From assembly GCA_905171695.1 (NCBI GenBank), contig LR991653.1, positions 1,658,150 through 1,722,149 of the forward strand: a stretch of DNA of 64,000 bases, given 5' to 3'. Of the stretch, positions 21,204-30,157 are shown piece after piece. The position numbers were made by a program, and so were the translations under genes. The notes below the pieces were generated by a model, which worked only from the letters and a program-made list of their open reading frames with translations, made no database searches and was not told the DNA's origin. How positions within the stretch are numbered: the stretch's first letter is position 1; the number at the start of each line of letters is the position of its first letter. Origin of the DNA: Candidatus Methanoperedenaceae archaeon GB37. GTDB lineage: Archaea > Halobacteriota > Methanosarcinia > Methanosarcinales > EX4572-44.

Positions 21204-21371
21204 GGCGGACTCACAACTCTTCGGGATTTCTCACTTCGTGAGAACCGCCTGCGGCTATCCCTCGTCCTCGTTTCACTCGGAGAATATAACAGCGGATAAA
21301 CGGTTTTGGGCTAAAGCCCCTCACCCAAAGTTTGCTACCACAAACCTTCGTTTATCCGCAAAACGTTGGTT
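21204..21371 (+). other. structured repeat element X2 (candidate ncRNA or attC-like site)
   Basis: Shares GAATATAACAGCG, CACCCAAA and CGCA..GTTGGTT with X1. Has an 11-bp helix 21292-21302/21349-21359 and two internal hairpins. Confidence 0.5.
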
Positions 21372-21408
21372 GTGGGGGGTCTCTTTCCCCCTTCTGTTGT
21401 TTTTGATC

Positions 21409-23385
21409 TTACTTCTGTCTTCCCTCTACGAGTGAGTCCACTATGCTTGGGTCTGCGAGTGTGGTTGTGTCTCCGAGATCTTCTATATCGCCGGCTGCTA
21501 TCTTCTTGAGTATGCGTCTCATGATCTTTCCGCTGCGTGTCTTTGGCAGTCCCTCTGTGAACTGTATAACGTCTGGCTTGGCTATCGGGCCTATCTCTTT
21601 TCGCACGTGTGCTGCGAGTTCATTCTTGAGCTCGTCGCTCGGTGTTTCACCTGATTTCAGGATGACAAAGGCATAGATTCCCTCTCCCTTGACATCGTGT
21701 GGGAAGCCTACCACTGCTGATTCTGCCACTGCTTCGTGAGATACAAGAGCACTCTCTATCTCAGCCGTTCCCATCCTGTGTCCTGATACGTTGATCACAT
21801 CATCGACTCTGCCCATAAGCCAGAAGTATCCATCTTCGTCAATTCGGGCACCGTCGCCCGTGGTGTACACTCCTGGGAACTGGCTGAAGTATGTATCCTT
21901 GAATCGCTGGTGGTGTCCATACACGGTTCTCATGAGACCTGGCCACGGTCTTTTAATCACGAGGTTCCCGCCTTCGTTCACATCGGCTTCGGTTCCGTCA
22001 TCTCTAAGAATGGCGGGTTCTATGCCTGGGAATGGCTTTGTTGCTGAGCCAGGTTTGATAGGTATTGCTCCGGGCAGGGGTGAGATCAGTATGCCGCCTG
22101 TCTCGGTCTGCCACCATGTGTCCACGATTGGGCATCTGCCCTTCCCGATAACCTCATAATACCACATCCATGCCTCTGGGTTTATCGGTTCGCCCACTGT
22201 TCCGAGCAGCCTGAGACTTGAAAGATCTCTACCAAGTGGCCACTTGTCCCCGTCTTTCATCATCGCACGGATGGCTGTCGGCGCCGTGTAGAGGATATTG
22301 ACCTTATACTTCTCCACGATCTCCCAGAATCGATCAGGCTTCGGATAGTTTGGAACGCCTTCGAACATCAGGCTTGTTGCGCCAGAGTTCAGTGGTCCAT
22401 ATACGATGTAGCTGTGGCCTGTGACCCATCCGATGTCTGCTGTGCACCAGAATGTGTCCTCGTCCTTGTAATCGAATATCCACTTGAATGTCTGGGTCGT
22501 GTAAAGGAGATAACCAGCTGTTGTGTGAAGCACGCCCTTCGGTTTTCCTGTGCTGCCGCTTGTATACAGGATGAACAATGGATCTTCTGCATCCATCACC
22601 TCTGGCTCGCATACTGGTGAAGCATCCTTCATGAGTTCGTGGAACCACTCGTCCCGCCCCTCAACCATGTTAATATCGCTACCGGTACGCTTAACAACGA
22701 TCACATTCTTGATGCAATCACACTGTGAGACCGCCTCGTCAGCATTTGCCTTGAGTGGTATTGTCTTACCGCTTCTGAAGCTCCCGTCTGATGTTATCAG
22801 GAGCTTGCATTCGCTGTCAAGTATCCTGTCACGGAGAGCTTCTGCGCTGAATCCGCCGAAGACAACGCTGTGGATGGCTCCGATACGTGCACATGCAAGC
22901 ATTGAGATCGGAAGCTCTGGTATCATCGGCAGATAGATCGATACTCTATCACCCTTCTCAATCCCCTTGCTCTTCAAGACGTTTGCAAACTTGCAGACCT
23001 CATAGTGAAGCTGCTGGTAGGTATAGATTCTGGAATCGCCGTGTTCGCCTTCAAAGATCAATGCAGCCTTGTTCTTCTTCTCGGTCTTTAGATGCTTGTC
23101 AAGGCAGTTGTACGATGCATTCAGTTTTCCACCTGCAAACCATGTGTGCTTTGCTTCATCCGGGTCCCATGTGCTCACAGTCTCCCACTTCTTGAACCAT
23201 TCAATGTTCTCTTCTGCCTTCTCCGACCAGAACGCATCCGGGTCAGCAATAGACTTCTTATAGATCTCCTCGTACTCTGCAAGACTCTTTATATGTGCCT
23301 TTGCACTGAACTCTTTAGGAGGCTCAAACTTTCGTGTCTCTTCCATAACCGATGTGATTGTCTTCTCACTCATAATATCACCCAT
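21409..23385 (-). CDS. acs: acetyl-CoA synthetase (AMP-forming)
   Basis: 658 aa. Acs-type N-terminus, [14 protein letters not shown]-binding motif, C-terminal [11 protein letters not shown]. Confidence 0.95.
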   Translation of the reverse strand: MGDIMSEKTITSVMEETRKFEPPKEFSAKAHIKSLAEYEEIYKKSIADPDAFWSEKAEENIEWFKKWETVSTWDPDEAKHTWFAGGKLNASYNCLDKHLKTEKKNKAALIFEGEHGDSRIYTYQQLHYEVCKFANVLKSKGIEKGDRVSIYLPMIPELPISMLACARIGAIHSVVFGGFSAEALRDRILDSECKLLITSDGSFRSGKTIPLKANADEAVSQCDCIKNVIVVKRTGSDINMVEGRDEWFHELMKDASPVCEPEVMDAEDPLFILYTSGSTGKPKGVLHTTAGYLLYTTQTFKWIFDYKDEDTFWCTADIGWVTGHSYIVYGPLNSGATSLMFEGVPNYPKPDRFWEIVEKYKVNILYTAPTAIRAMMKDGDKWPLGRDLSSLRLLGTVGEPINPEAWMWYYEVIGKGRCPIVDTWWQTETGGILISPLPGAIPIKPGSATKPFPGIEPAILRDDGTEADVNEGGNLVIKRPWPGLMRTVYGHHQRFKDTYFSQFPGVYTTGDGARIDEDGYFWLMGRVDDVINVSGHRMGTAEIESALVSHEAVAESAVVGFPHDVKGEGIYAFVILKSGETPSDELKNELAAHVRKEIGPIAKPDVIQFTEGLPKTRSGKIMRRILKKIAAGDIEDLGDTTTLADPSIVDSLVEGRQK

Positions 23386-23560
23386 TCAGTTCAACAGAGC
23401 GTCTGGAGCCATTAACACCACCAGGACGACCTTTCCCAGATGGTGAATCTCCAGATCTTGATGGACGGGGTAAGTATTAATCGCTTATATATCTACCGAT
23501 TCTGTATCTACCCTGCAGCAGGGCTATCAGATACCCAAAAGAGATAGACTCATACCACGG

Positions 23561-23610
23561 CTCTGAAACGTCTCTGAAACGTCTCTGAAACGTCTCTGAA
23601 ACGTCTCTGG
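23561..23610. repeat. 11-bp perfect tandem repeat, about 4.5 copies (CTCTGAAACGT)
   Basis: Read directly: units at 23561, 23572, 23583 and 23594, plus partial CTCTGG. Lies in the divergent acs/larB intergenic region. Confidence 0.95.
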
Positions 23611-23647
23611 CGTCAGTCTTTTCTTTTTCTGGGAGAGTTGTGTTGGT

Positions 23648-24427
23648 ATGGATATATTCACGTTACTTGAAAAATTTAAAAATGGTGAAATTGATATTGT
23701 TGAGGTCGAAAGAGAGCTTCGGCTCATGTATCTGAGAGTGGACGGTACCGCAAGGCTTGACATACACCGGGCAAAGAGGACGGGTGTTCCAGAGGCGATC
23801 CTCGCAGAAGGCAAGAGGGTGGAAGACCTGAAGAGGATCGTACACCACCAGTTAGAAAGAGTTGGGAGATGCATAGTCACCCGTGTAACACCAGACCACG
23901 GAAGAGCACTTGAAGAACTGATCGAAGAAGAAAAGATACCACATACGTGGAACGAAGAAGCCAGAACGATGCAGCTTTACTATAGAGAGATCACAAAGAC
24001 AGGAGGAAAGCTTGGCATAATAACGGCGGGAACATCTGATATCCAGGTCGCAGAAGAGGCGCGTGTCATAGCTGAAGAGATGGGTTGCGAGGTCTACACG
24101 CTCTACGATGCAGGAGTTGCAGGCATCCACAGACTCTTTCCTGATCTCCAGAAGATGATAGAGGAAGGCGTTGACGCGATCGTGGTAGCAGCGGGTAGAG
24201 AGGGCACACTCCCAGCCATAGTTGCAGGACTCGTGGACTCACCTGTTATAGGCGTGCCGGTATCGACAGGGTATGGAGAGGGAGGCAGTGGAAAGGCAGC
24301 ACTTCTATCCATGTTACAATCATGTTCTGTTCTCAGTGTGGTTAACATCGATTCCGGTTTCACGGCGGGAGCTTTTGCTGCACAGATAGCAAACAGGGTT
24401 GCAAGAGCACGCAAAGGACGAGCTTAG
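23648..24427 (+). CDS. larB: LarB-type AIR-carboxylase-family protein (nickel-pincer cofactor biosynthesis)
   Basis: 259 aa. PurE-like core GIITAGTSDIQVAEEA...VVAAGREGTLPAIVAGL...VIGVPVSTGYG with the LarB-type N-terminal extension. Confidence 0.75.
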   Translation: MDIFTLLEKFKNGEIDIVEVERELRLMYLRVDGTARLDIHRAKRTGVPEAILAEGKRVEDLKRIVHHQLERVGRCIVTRVTPDHGRALEELIEEEKIPHTWNEEARTMQLYYREITKTGGKLGIITAGTSDIQVAEEARVIAEEMGCEVYTLYDAGVAGIHRLFPDLQKMIEEGVDAIVVAAGREGTLPAIVAGLVDSPVIGVPVSTGYGEGGSGKAALLSMLQSCSVLSVVNIDSGFTAGAFAAQIANRVARARKGRA

Positions 24428-25350
24428 AAGCTCTTCAGGTCCTCTGGGTGGAGCAAGAGATCATTCACATAGATCGTTCTCCCACTCTTTGCCATGTAGA
24501 GCCGCACCCACCAGACAAGCGTTAAAGGCTGAATAACAATCACTGAAACGAGCATGTTGAGAAGACCCCCGACGAACGGTACACCCCCGAGTATGACTCC
24601 AGGGAGAATTGAGATCACAACTGTTAGGATAAGGAGCATCACCACATCAAGCTTGTGCGAAGCGAAAAATCTAAAACCTGCCTTCAAAGCATCAAGCGGG
24701 TGGAGCGAATCGACCACCAGGGCATAGGGTGCAACCCTGAAAAGGACCCATACCACAACCATATAAGCAGACCAGAGCAGAACTCCGAGAACGAAGAGAC
24801 CCATATTGCCACCAAAGTCGGCAAAGCCACCTGAGAAAGGCTCTGAAAGAAGAAACGCTGGTAGTATGAAAACGATTCCCGCAAGCATCACAAGACCGAT
24901 CAACGCATCCAGAAGCATCAGATTCACAAAGTACCTCCTTGCATAGAGCATCATATCTCCAAGATCAGTACTTCCACGCTCAATGGCAGTCTTTGCCATT
25001 CCAATAGCACCAGCCCTGAAAAAAGTTCTGATAATGATCCAGCCAGCCACAACGATGAAGAACGCCACAACCAACAATCCGATATAGGGTTTGAGGAGCT
25101 CCATCAAACCAAGAACCTCTACGAGTTGCAACTCACCACCAGCCTCCATCGATCTACTCACCGACTCCACCCTCTCAACAAAACTGAAGAGAAAATCAAC
25201 TCCGATTATAAGAGCAAAGACGAAGGCAACGAAGAGAGCAAATAAGAACGAAAAGAGCGTATCCAGAACAAAGGGAAGAGAGATTCCAATATTCCGCTTC
25301 CACGTATCAAAACCCCTGCCGATCACCGTCCCAAGCTCTTCACCCATCAA
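24424..25350 (-). CDS. polytopic membrane protein of unknown function
   Basis: 308 aa with 6-7 hydrophobic segments. 4-nt overlap with the larB stop on the opposite strand. Confidence 0.5.
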   Translation of the reverse strand: MMGEELGTVIGRGFDTWKRNIGISLPFVLDTLFSFLFALFVAFVFALIIGVDFLFSFVERVESVSRSMEAGGELQLVEVLGLMELLKPYIGLLVVAFFIVVAGWIIIRTFFRAGAIGMAKTAIERGSTDLGDMMLYARRYFVNLMLLDALIGLVMLAGIVFILPAFLLSEPFSGGFADFGGNMGLFVLGVLLWSAYMVVVWVLFRVAPYALVVDSLHPLDALKAGFRFFASHKLDVVMLLILTVVISILPGVILGGVPFVGGLLNMLVSVIVIQPLTLVWWVRLYMAKSGRTIYVNDLLLHPEDLKSF

Positions 25351-25375
25351 CAGATAGAATAACTCTATTCAATAC

Positions 25376-26713
25376 TTAACACTTTCCGATGAACGGTGAA
25401 CCTATTTCAGTATAGTCTGTGATTCTGCGCTGGTTCTGTTCTTTTAGTAGTTGCAGTTGTGGTTGCCAGTGTTTGTGTGGCGTTATGATCTTTGTGTGGA
25501 TGTGTCTCAGTGCCTGGTTGAGTGTCTCGAAGGTTTTTGGTGGGTTTTTCAGGGCGTTTCGTGCGGCTTCTCGCACTACCCAGACGCCTAGTGGTGCCCA
25601 GTAGTCTGGGCGTACCTCTCTTATGGCTATCGCGGTGGCACGCCTCTGTTTCGCCTGGAGATGCTCGAGAACTGGTAGGCGTGCTGCATAGTATCCGCCT
25701 CCGAGTGGTGAGTACTTTTTTCTGTTGCGGTGGTCTTCACGGTCAGAGCCTATCCATGGTTTCTCGCTCTTTGGCGAGTCTTCTTTTATATTATGGTCTT
25801 CGCTCTTCTTTTTCTTGTATTGGTTCCATATGCTCTCTGAGATCCATATCTCTACGAGTTCGAAGGCATATGGTTTTGGAAGCAGGATTATCTCGAAGTG
25901 GTTTGCAAGGAGCTCTCCGCTGTATACTTCTATCTCTGTTACCTCCTGATAGTCCTGTATCTCTTTTATCAGCTCCCTTGCGATTGTGTCGTCTGTGGCT
26001 GTGATGCTCCATCGGGTTGGCACGAGTCTCCGTCTTCTGCCGAGGAGTCCTGTTGATAGGAGGCGTGTTATATGGTCTTCACTTATCTTTGCTCTGTAGA
26101 GCTCGTTTATGGCTTCTGTTGCGGGCATATCGGTGTCAGATACTACGGCGTCCACTTTTCGGGGTACGATTGGGTTTTCAGTTATGTTAAGTCGTTTTAT
26201 CTTGCCGCTTGGTCCCAGTGGTGTGAGTATATCGTCGAATTGTAGTTTTAGGGTAGGTGGTTTTTCGAAGAGCACTTCTATCTCGACAGGATCTGATGAG
26301 AGTGCTATCTCTTGTGTCTTCTCGATGAGTATGTTACCCATTGGTCTTTTTGCATTGATGGTGATTTTTGAGTGTATCAGGCTTGAGCGCATTTCTATGA
26401 TCTCTTGAATGCTTTTTTCAAGCCAGTGTGTGGAGCTGTCGTAACTTGCCACTGTTCTTCCTCTTCTTTCTGGTAGCAGGAGTGGTCCTGCGTTTATCTG
26501 GGGGTAGCCTCTCTGGCCAATAAAGATTGATGGTGGTGATGCACCAAAGGTGCTTGCCTTCTCGATATATTCTTTCTTGACGTCTTCTTTGATGTATAGA
26601 GAGTTGTGTGGCTTTCTGGTATTCTGCGTAAGTCCAGACGAAGGTAGGATCTTCTTTTTAGGTTCCTGATTCACTCTTTTTTCTATCACTTTCTTCGTGT
26701 GGTTGGTGAGCAT
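25376..26713 (-). CDS. NreA-like protein (DUF650/DUF651 architecture)
   Basis: 445 aa with SPPSIFIGQRGYPQINAGP, typical of archaeal Nre proteins. C-terminal PIP-like QRRITDYT. Confidence 0.5.
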   Translation of the reverse strand: MLTNHTKKVIEKRVNQEPKKKILPSSGLTQNTRKPHNSLYIKEDVKKEYIEKASTFGASPPSIFIGQRGYPQINAGPLLLPERRGRTVASYDSSTHWLEKSIQEIIEMRSSLIHSKITINAKRPMGNILIEKTQEIALSSDPVEIEVLFEKPPTLKLQFDDILTPLGPSGKIKRLNITENPIVPRKVDAVVSDTDMPATEAINELYRAKISEDHITRLLSTGLLGRRRRLVPTRWSITATDDTIARELIKEIQDYQEVTEIEVYSGELLANHFEIILLPKPYAFELVEIWISESIWNQYKKKKSEDHNIKEDSPKSEKPWIGSDREDHRNRKKYSPLGGGYYAARLPVLEHLQAKQRRATAIAIREVRPDYWAPLGVWVVREAARNALKNPPKTFETLNQALRHIHTKIITPHKHWQPQLQLLKEQNQRRITDYTEIGSPFIGKC

Positions 26714-27256
26714 ATTTTACTGTCCTCTGGTGGTGAGGTTTTTCAAGATTTCGGTGTGTCTCAAGGCTTTTTGGGTGTTGAGTGAATCGGGTAAGGTGCA
26801 AGGGTAAGGTGTGAGAAGGGAGTTTTCTTCCGGTGTTTGACGTAGAGTGTCAAGAGAAGTGCTCTCCTTTCTTTACTGTGGTGTTGGGTGTGGTTTGTTT
26901 GTGTGTGGTGCAAGGTATAGAAGCTTGCTGAACGGCTCTTCAAGCGCTATATTTATATAGAACTATTTTACATCATTATTATTATAATGATGAGTGTTTT
27001 GGGCAGATACGTCAGTATAATAGGTTGGATCTGTAATTAGAGACCTTATTTATAATATAATCAGAATTTTTATATTATTTATATAAAACAAAAAGTATAT
27101 GTAGTATTAGATAAATGTAGGTATTGGCGGGTAAGACCCGTGACCAAGATTGAGGTGAATACAGATGAAAGAGACAAAAAAATCCCAGAGAAAAGATGAG
27201 AAGACAGCCGAAGAGATCTTCAAGAAGACAAGGCTATACGGCGGTTAAAATCTTTT

Positions 27257-28174
27257 ATGGCAGGCACACAGAGGATACTTTATGGGGTGGCAGAACTCTG
27301 CCTCACCCCACGATCCATCTTTTCACCAATCCCATACTTTGCAATATTTCTATACCTTTTATCCATCAATACCCATACCTTCACGCTCCAGTGCCTCCGG
27401 GCGCTCTCCTGGGGGGTCCTCTTCACGCTCGTTGGTGTCTCAGCCTCAAACCTCTGGAACCACACAAACGACTTGGAAGACGATATTATCGCAGGCAAAG
27501 AGAACCTGCTCACAGAGGGTCAAATGAGTAAAAGAAGTGCGTTAGCACTCTCCACACTCCTCTATGCATCATCGATCGCGCTCTCTCTCCACCTCACACA
27601 CACACTCGGGAGGGATATCTGGATGCCTCTCTTGATATGGGCTGTGATCACATGGCTCTATTCTGATAAGATATTTACTGGAGCACGATTGAAGAGCCAC
27701 TACATCGGAGAACTCCTGACCTATATAGTAGCATATCCATGCTTCACACTCACCACATGGCTGATATACTCAGAGAACCTTCTCCAGGGCATGGTAGTTG
27801 CATCAGCCTTCGCCTTTCTCGGAGTCTCAGGCGTTCTCCTCAAGGACTTGAAGGATATATCAGGTGACAGGAGAGCAGGGCTCAGGACACTTGGGGTGAT
27901 CTTCCCACCTTCAACACTCATCCATGCATCCTGCATCCTCCTCATGCTCTACTATCTAACACTTATCATATCAGGCATAACATCCATCTTCAGTATTGGA
28001 ACACTGTTGATCCTCATACCATTCGCATACTACATGAAGAAGACATTCCTCCACTTCACAAGGAAGAACTGGAGACTCTCAGAAGGCGATCACATACCAA
28101 TTGGTGCAATGATGATGACCACTTATGGCTCACTCCTATTACTTGGCGTGGGAAGCCTGATTCAGATAGCCTGA
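27257..28174 (+). CDS. UbiA-family prenyltransferase
   Basis: 305 aa and polytopic. NLWNHTNDLEDD (NxxxDxxxD) and KDLKDISGDRRAG second Asp-rich motif. Confidence 0.8.
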   Translation: MAGTQRILYGVAELCLTPRSIFSPIPYFAIFLYLLSINTHTFTLQCLRALSWGVLFTLVGVSASNLWNHTNDLEDDIIAGKENLLTEGQMSKRSALALSTLLYASSIALSLHLTHTLGRDIWMPLLIWAVITWLYSDKIFTGARLKSHYIGELLTYIVAYPCFTLTTWLIYSENLLQGMVVASAFAFLGVSGVLLKDLKDISGDRRAGLRTLGVIFPPSTLIHASCILLMLYYLTLIISGITSIFSIGTLLILIPFAYYMKKTFLHFTRKNWRLSEGDHIPIGAMMMTTYGSLLLLGVGSLIQIA

Positions 28175-28275
28175 CTCCAGAATAGCACTCTACCATATCA
28201 CCTCTCTCACGAATCCCTCGCCCAGATAACATTATAGATCGCACTCTACCGGTAAGATGGTGGACTACAGCAGGA

Positions 28276-29628
28276 TCAACAATGGAAACACACATCCGTG
28301 CCGCTGCATGAAAAGAAAATATTTTTCTTGACCTCTGTGATAGACTCTTTTTTCACAGAGCTTGGCGGCAGGTACACAGACGGCGCTTCAGTCAACAGTC
28401 CAAAGTAGTTATCTCCAAACAACTCTGCAACCATGTCACGATAGTATATGCTCTCCTCTTCAAATGCGAGTACCGCTCCAATATCCATCACAAAGAACTT
28501 GAAACCTTTAGTATTCCTAAAGGTGCAGAGGCTCGATGCAAAGTCTTTTAATTTGCCTTGAAATGGTTCGTATGCCAGGAAGACCTTCTCTGAAAAATCG
28601 CTGATATCAAAGAATACTGGGAAGAGATCAAAGGGATAGTAGGATCCGACCGCGTGTGTCATGATACCCCCTGTTGTCTTACTTAAGTATATGAGGATGT
28701 ATGGCATCTGTGCCTGGAGATGTCCCTCTCCAAGGTTTGAAGTTATTCCCTCTCTGTTGTGCTTGGATAATCCTGTAAAATCTTTTATTGCAGCGATTGG
28801 TGGTTTATCGTCAAGTGAAACCAGTATATTTTTCTCAAAGCTTGCTTTAAACTCTTTTACCACTGTAAAGTGGTTCTTCACGATCTTGCAGGTCTCTTCA
28901 ATCGTCTTGCCTTTCGCAGGAAATATGTCATCGTAGGATACTTCGATTCCGGGTTTTTCTATTACCAGTGCTGCGATGCTATTGTTGATCTCCTTAAAGT
29001 TTGCAAAGACGCTTGGCGAGTTGAAGCCCATCTCGGTGTGCATCAGGTTGATCCCGATGACCGGTACTCTGTAATCAAGCCGTTTGGCAACAATATCGAG
29101 AATGGTGGGTGCTGGATAGATAATTTTATTCCTGTTACAGTAATCGGCAAAACGTCGAGCATATTTCCCACTTCTGTTGCGGCACATGAAGCTGTAATAC
29201 CTGCCACGTGTCCAGAACTCTATGCTGCCAGCCATATCAGGCACATGGACGAGTGGGAAGTGCAGAATCACAATACCGTTCTTGCAGGTGATCTTCTCTG
29301 CAAGTCTCTCTGCCGATTCACAAGCACCCTCCCCCTCATCACTGCCTACCCATATCCTTGCACTCTCGTCATAGCATAGCACGAGCGATGCACCATCCGT
29401 GCGCATATCAGATGGGAAGATCATTCCGTCAACAGAGCCGCCTATCTGTGGTATGTTACCAAACCTAGTTGCAAGTATCTCAAGTATCTGCTGGTATCTT
29501 CCCCGATACTTGGGGGTAGCATAGAATAAGAGAAGGTCGGGTCTCTCTGCAGATGCTGTCTGGTCCATCAGGTCAAAGGCAGCGCTCTCAGCCTCTCTTT
29601 TGTTGGTGAAGAAGGTTATTGCGTTCAT
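28276..29628 (-). CDS. hypothetical protein with FIST-like N/C domain pattern
   Basis: 450 aa. N-terminal pattern PDLLLFYAT...IPQIGGSVDGMI resembles FIST_N. This is a weak manual call. Confidence 0.35.
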   Translation of the reverse strand: MNAITFFTNKREAESAAFDLMDQTASAERPDLLLFYATPKYRGRYQQILEILATRFGNIPQIGGSVDGMIFPSDMRTDGASLVLCYDESARIWVGSDEGEGACESAERLAEKITCKNGIVILHFPLVHVPDMAGSIEFWTRGRYYSFMCRNRSGKYARRFADYCNRNKIIYPAPTILDIVAKRLDYRVPVIGINLMHTEMGFNSPSVFANFKEINNSIAALVIEKPGIEVSYDDIFPAKGKTIEETCKIVKNHFTVVKEFKASFEKNILVSLDDKPPIAAIKDFTGLSKHNREGITSNLGEGHLQAQMPYILIYLSKTTGGIMTHAVGSYYPFDLFPVFFDISDFSEKVFLAYEPFQGKLKDFASSLCTFRNTKGFKFFVMDIGAVLAFEEESIYYRDMVAELFGDNYFGLLTEAPSVYLPPSSVKKESITEVKKNIFFSCSGTDVCFHC

Positions 29629-29803
29629 CTGATCAGCACGATTATACCAGTCTCACCCCTCTCAGGAGTCGTTTTCATCCCTCTACTCTCTTTTTTTGAC
29701 TTTTTGAATGGTTAAATTACTGCATCTTGGGTTCATCACATTGTTTAAGCGAATTTCTCTTTTTGATGACGAATTTTTCTTTTTGATGAAGATCATATGG
29801 ATA

Positions 29804-30157
29804 TTATGATACGCATCTGTTGATCTCAGACGTTATCCGTTCTATCTCGATTGAGGTTAACATCTGGTGTGCACCTGGTGATAGAATGGCAGCGAGCACT
29901 GTTGACTTTGAGGAGGGTGCGATCAGGACTTTGTGGTCTTTAAAATGAAAGATGGCGCGTGATAGACCTTCTTTGTTCATCTCTTTCAAGACACCACAGA
30001 TCTGTTTTTTGAGCCACGCCAATACCACAAGGATGTCCTCGCTGAAGCCGGGTGTTCGGAGCAGTATCGGAGTTCCGTCTATGCGGTATAATATGCAGGC
30101 ATCGATTCCCTCGATACTGTAGAGATCGTCAATGATCCTTTCAAGCAGTTCTATCAT
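29804..30157 (-). CDS. Roadblock/LC7 (MglB-like) domain protein
   Basis: 117 aa. Pattern IEGIDACILYRIDGTPI...KVLIAPSSKSTVLAAIL fits Roadblock/LC7. ATGA overlap with the KaiC-like gene. Confidence 0.6.
   Translation of the reverse strand: MIELLERIIDDLYSIEGIDACILYRIDGTPILLRTPGFSEDILVVLAWLKKQICGVLKEMNKEGLSRAIFHFKDHKVLIAPSSKSTVLAAILSPGAHQMLTSIEIERITSEINRCVS

Noticed and set aside
23561-23610. Possible CRISPR array, here or anywhere in the window.
   Set aside because: The repeats are contiguous 11-mers with no spacers. I found no 24-40 bp repeats regularly interspaced by unique spacers, and no cas genes are present.
23527-23880. 117-aa minus-strand ORF spanning the 11-bp tandem repeat and the larB start.
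   Set aside because: It is antisense to larB, and its N-terminal part is merely the translated tandem repeat. There is no supporting motif.
26761-26943. 60-aa minus-strand ORF in the G/T-skewed intergenic region.
   Set aside because: It is a compositional artefact (His/Thr/Lys-rich from CA/GT-rich DNA), with no motif and no plausible start context.
26940-27130. Replication origin (AT-rich unwinding element), plus the single TTCCAGTGG mini-ORB-like match near 15805.
   Set aside because: There are no repeated ORB elements flanking the AT block, no orc1/cdc6 gene in the window, and only one isolated ORB-like half-match elsewhere.
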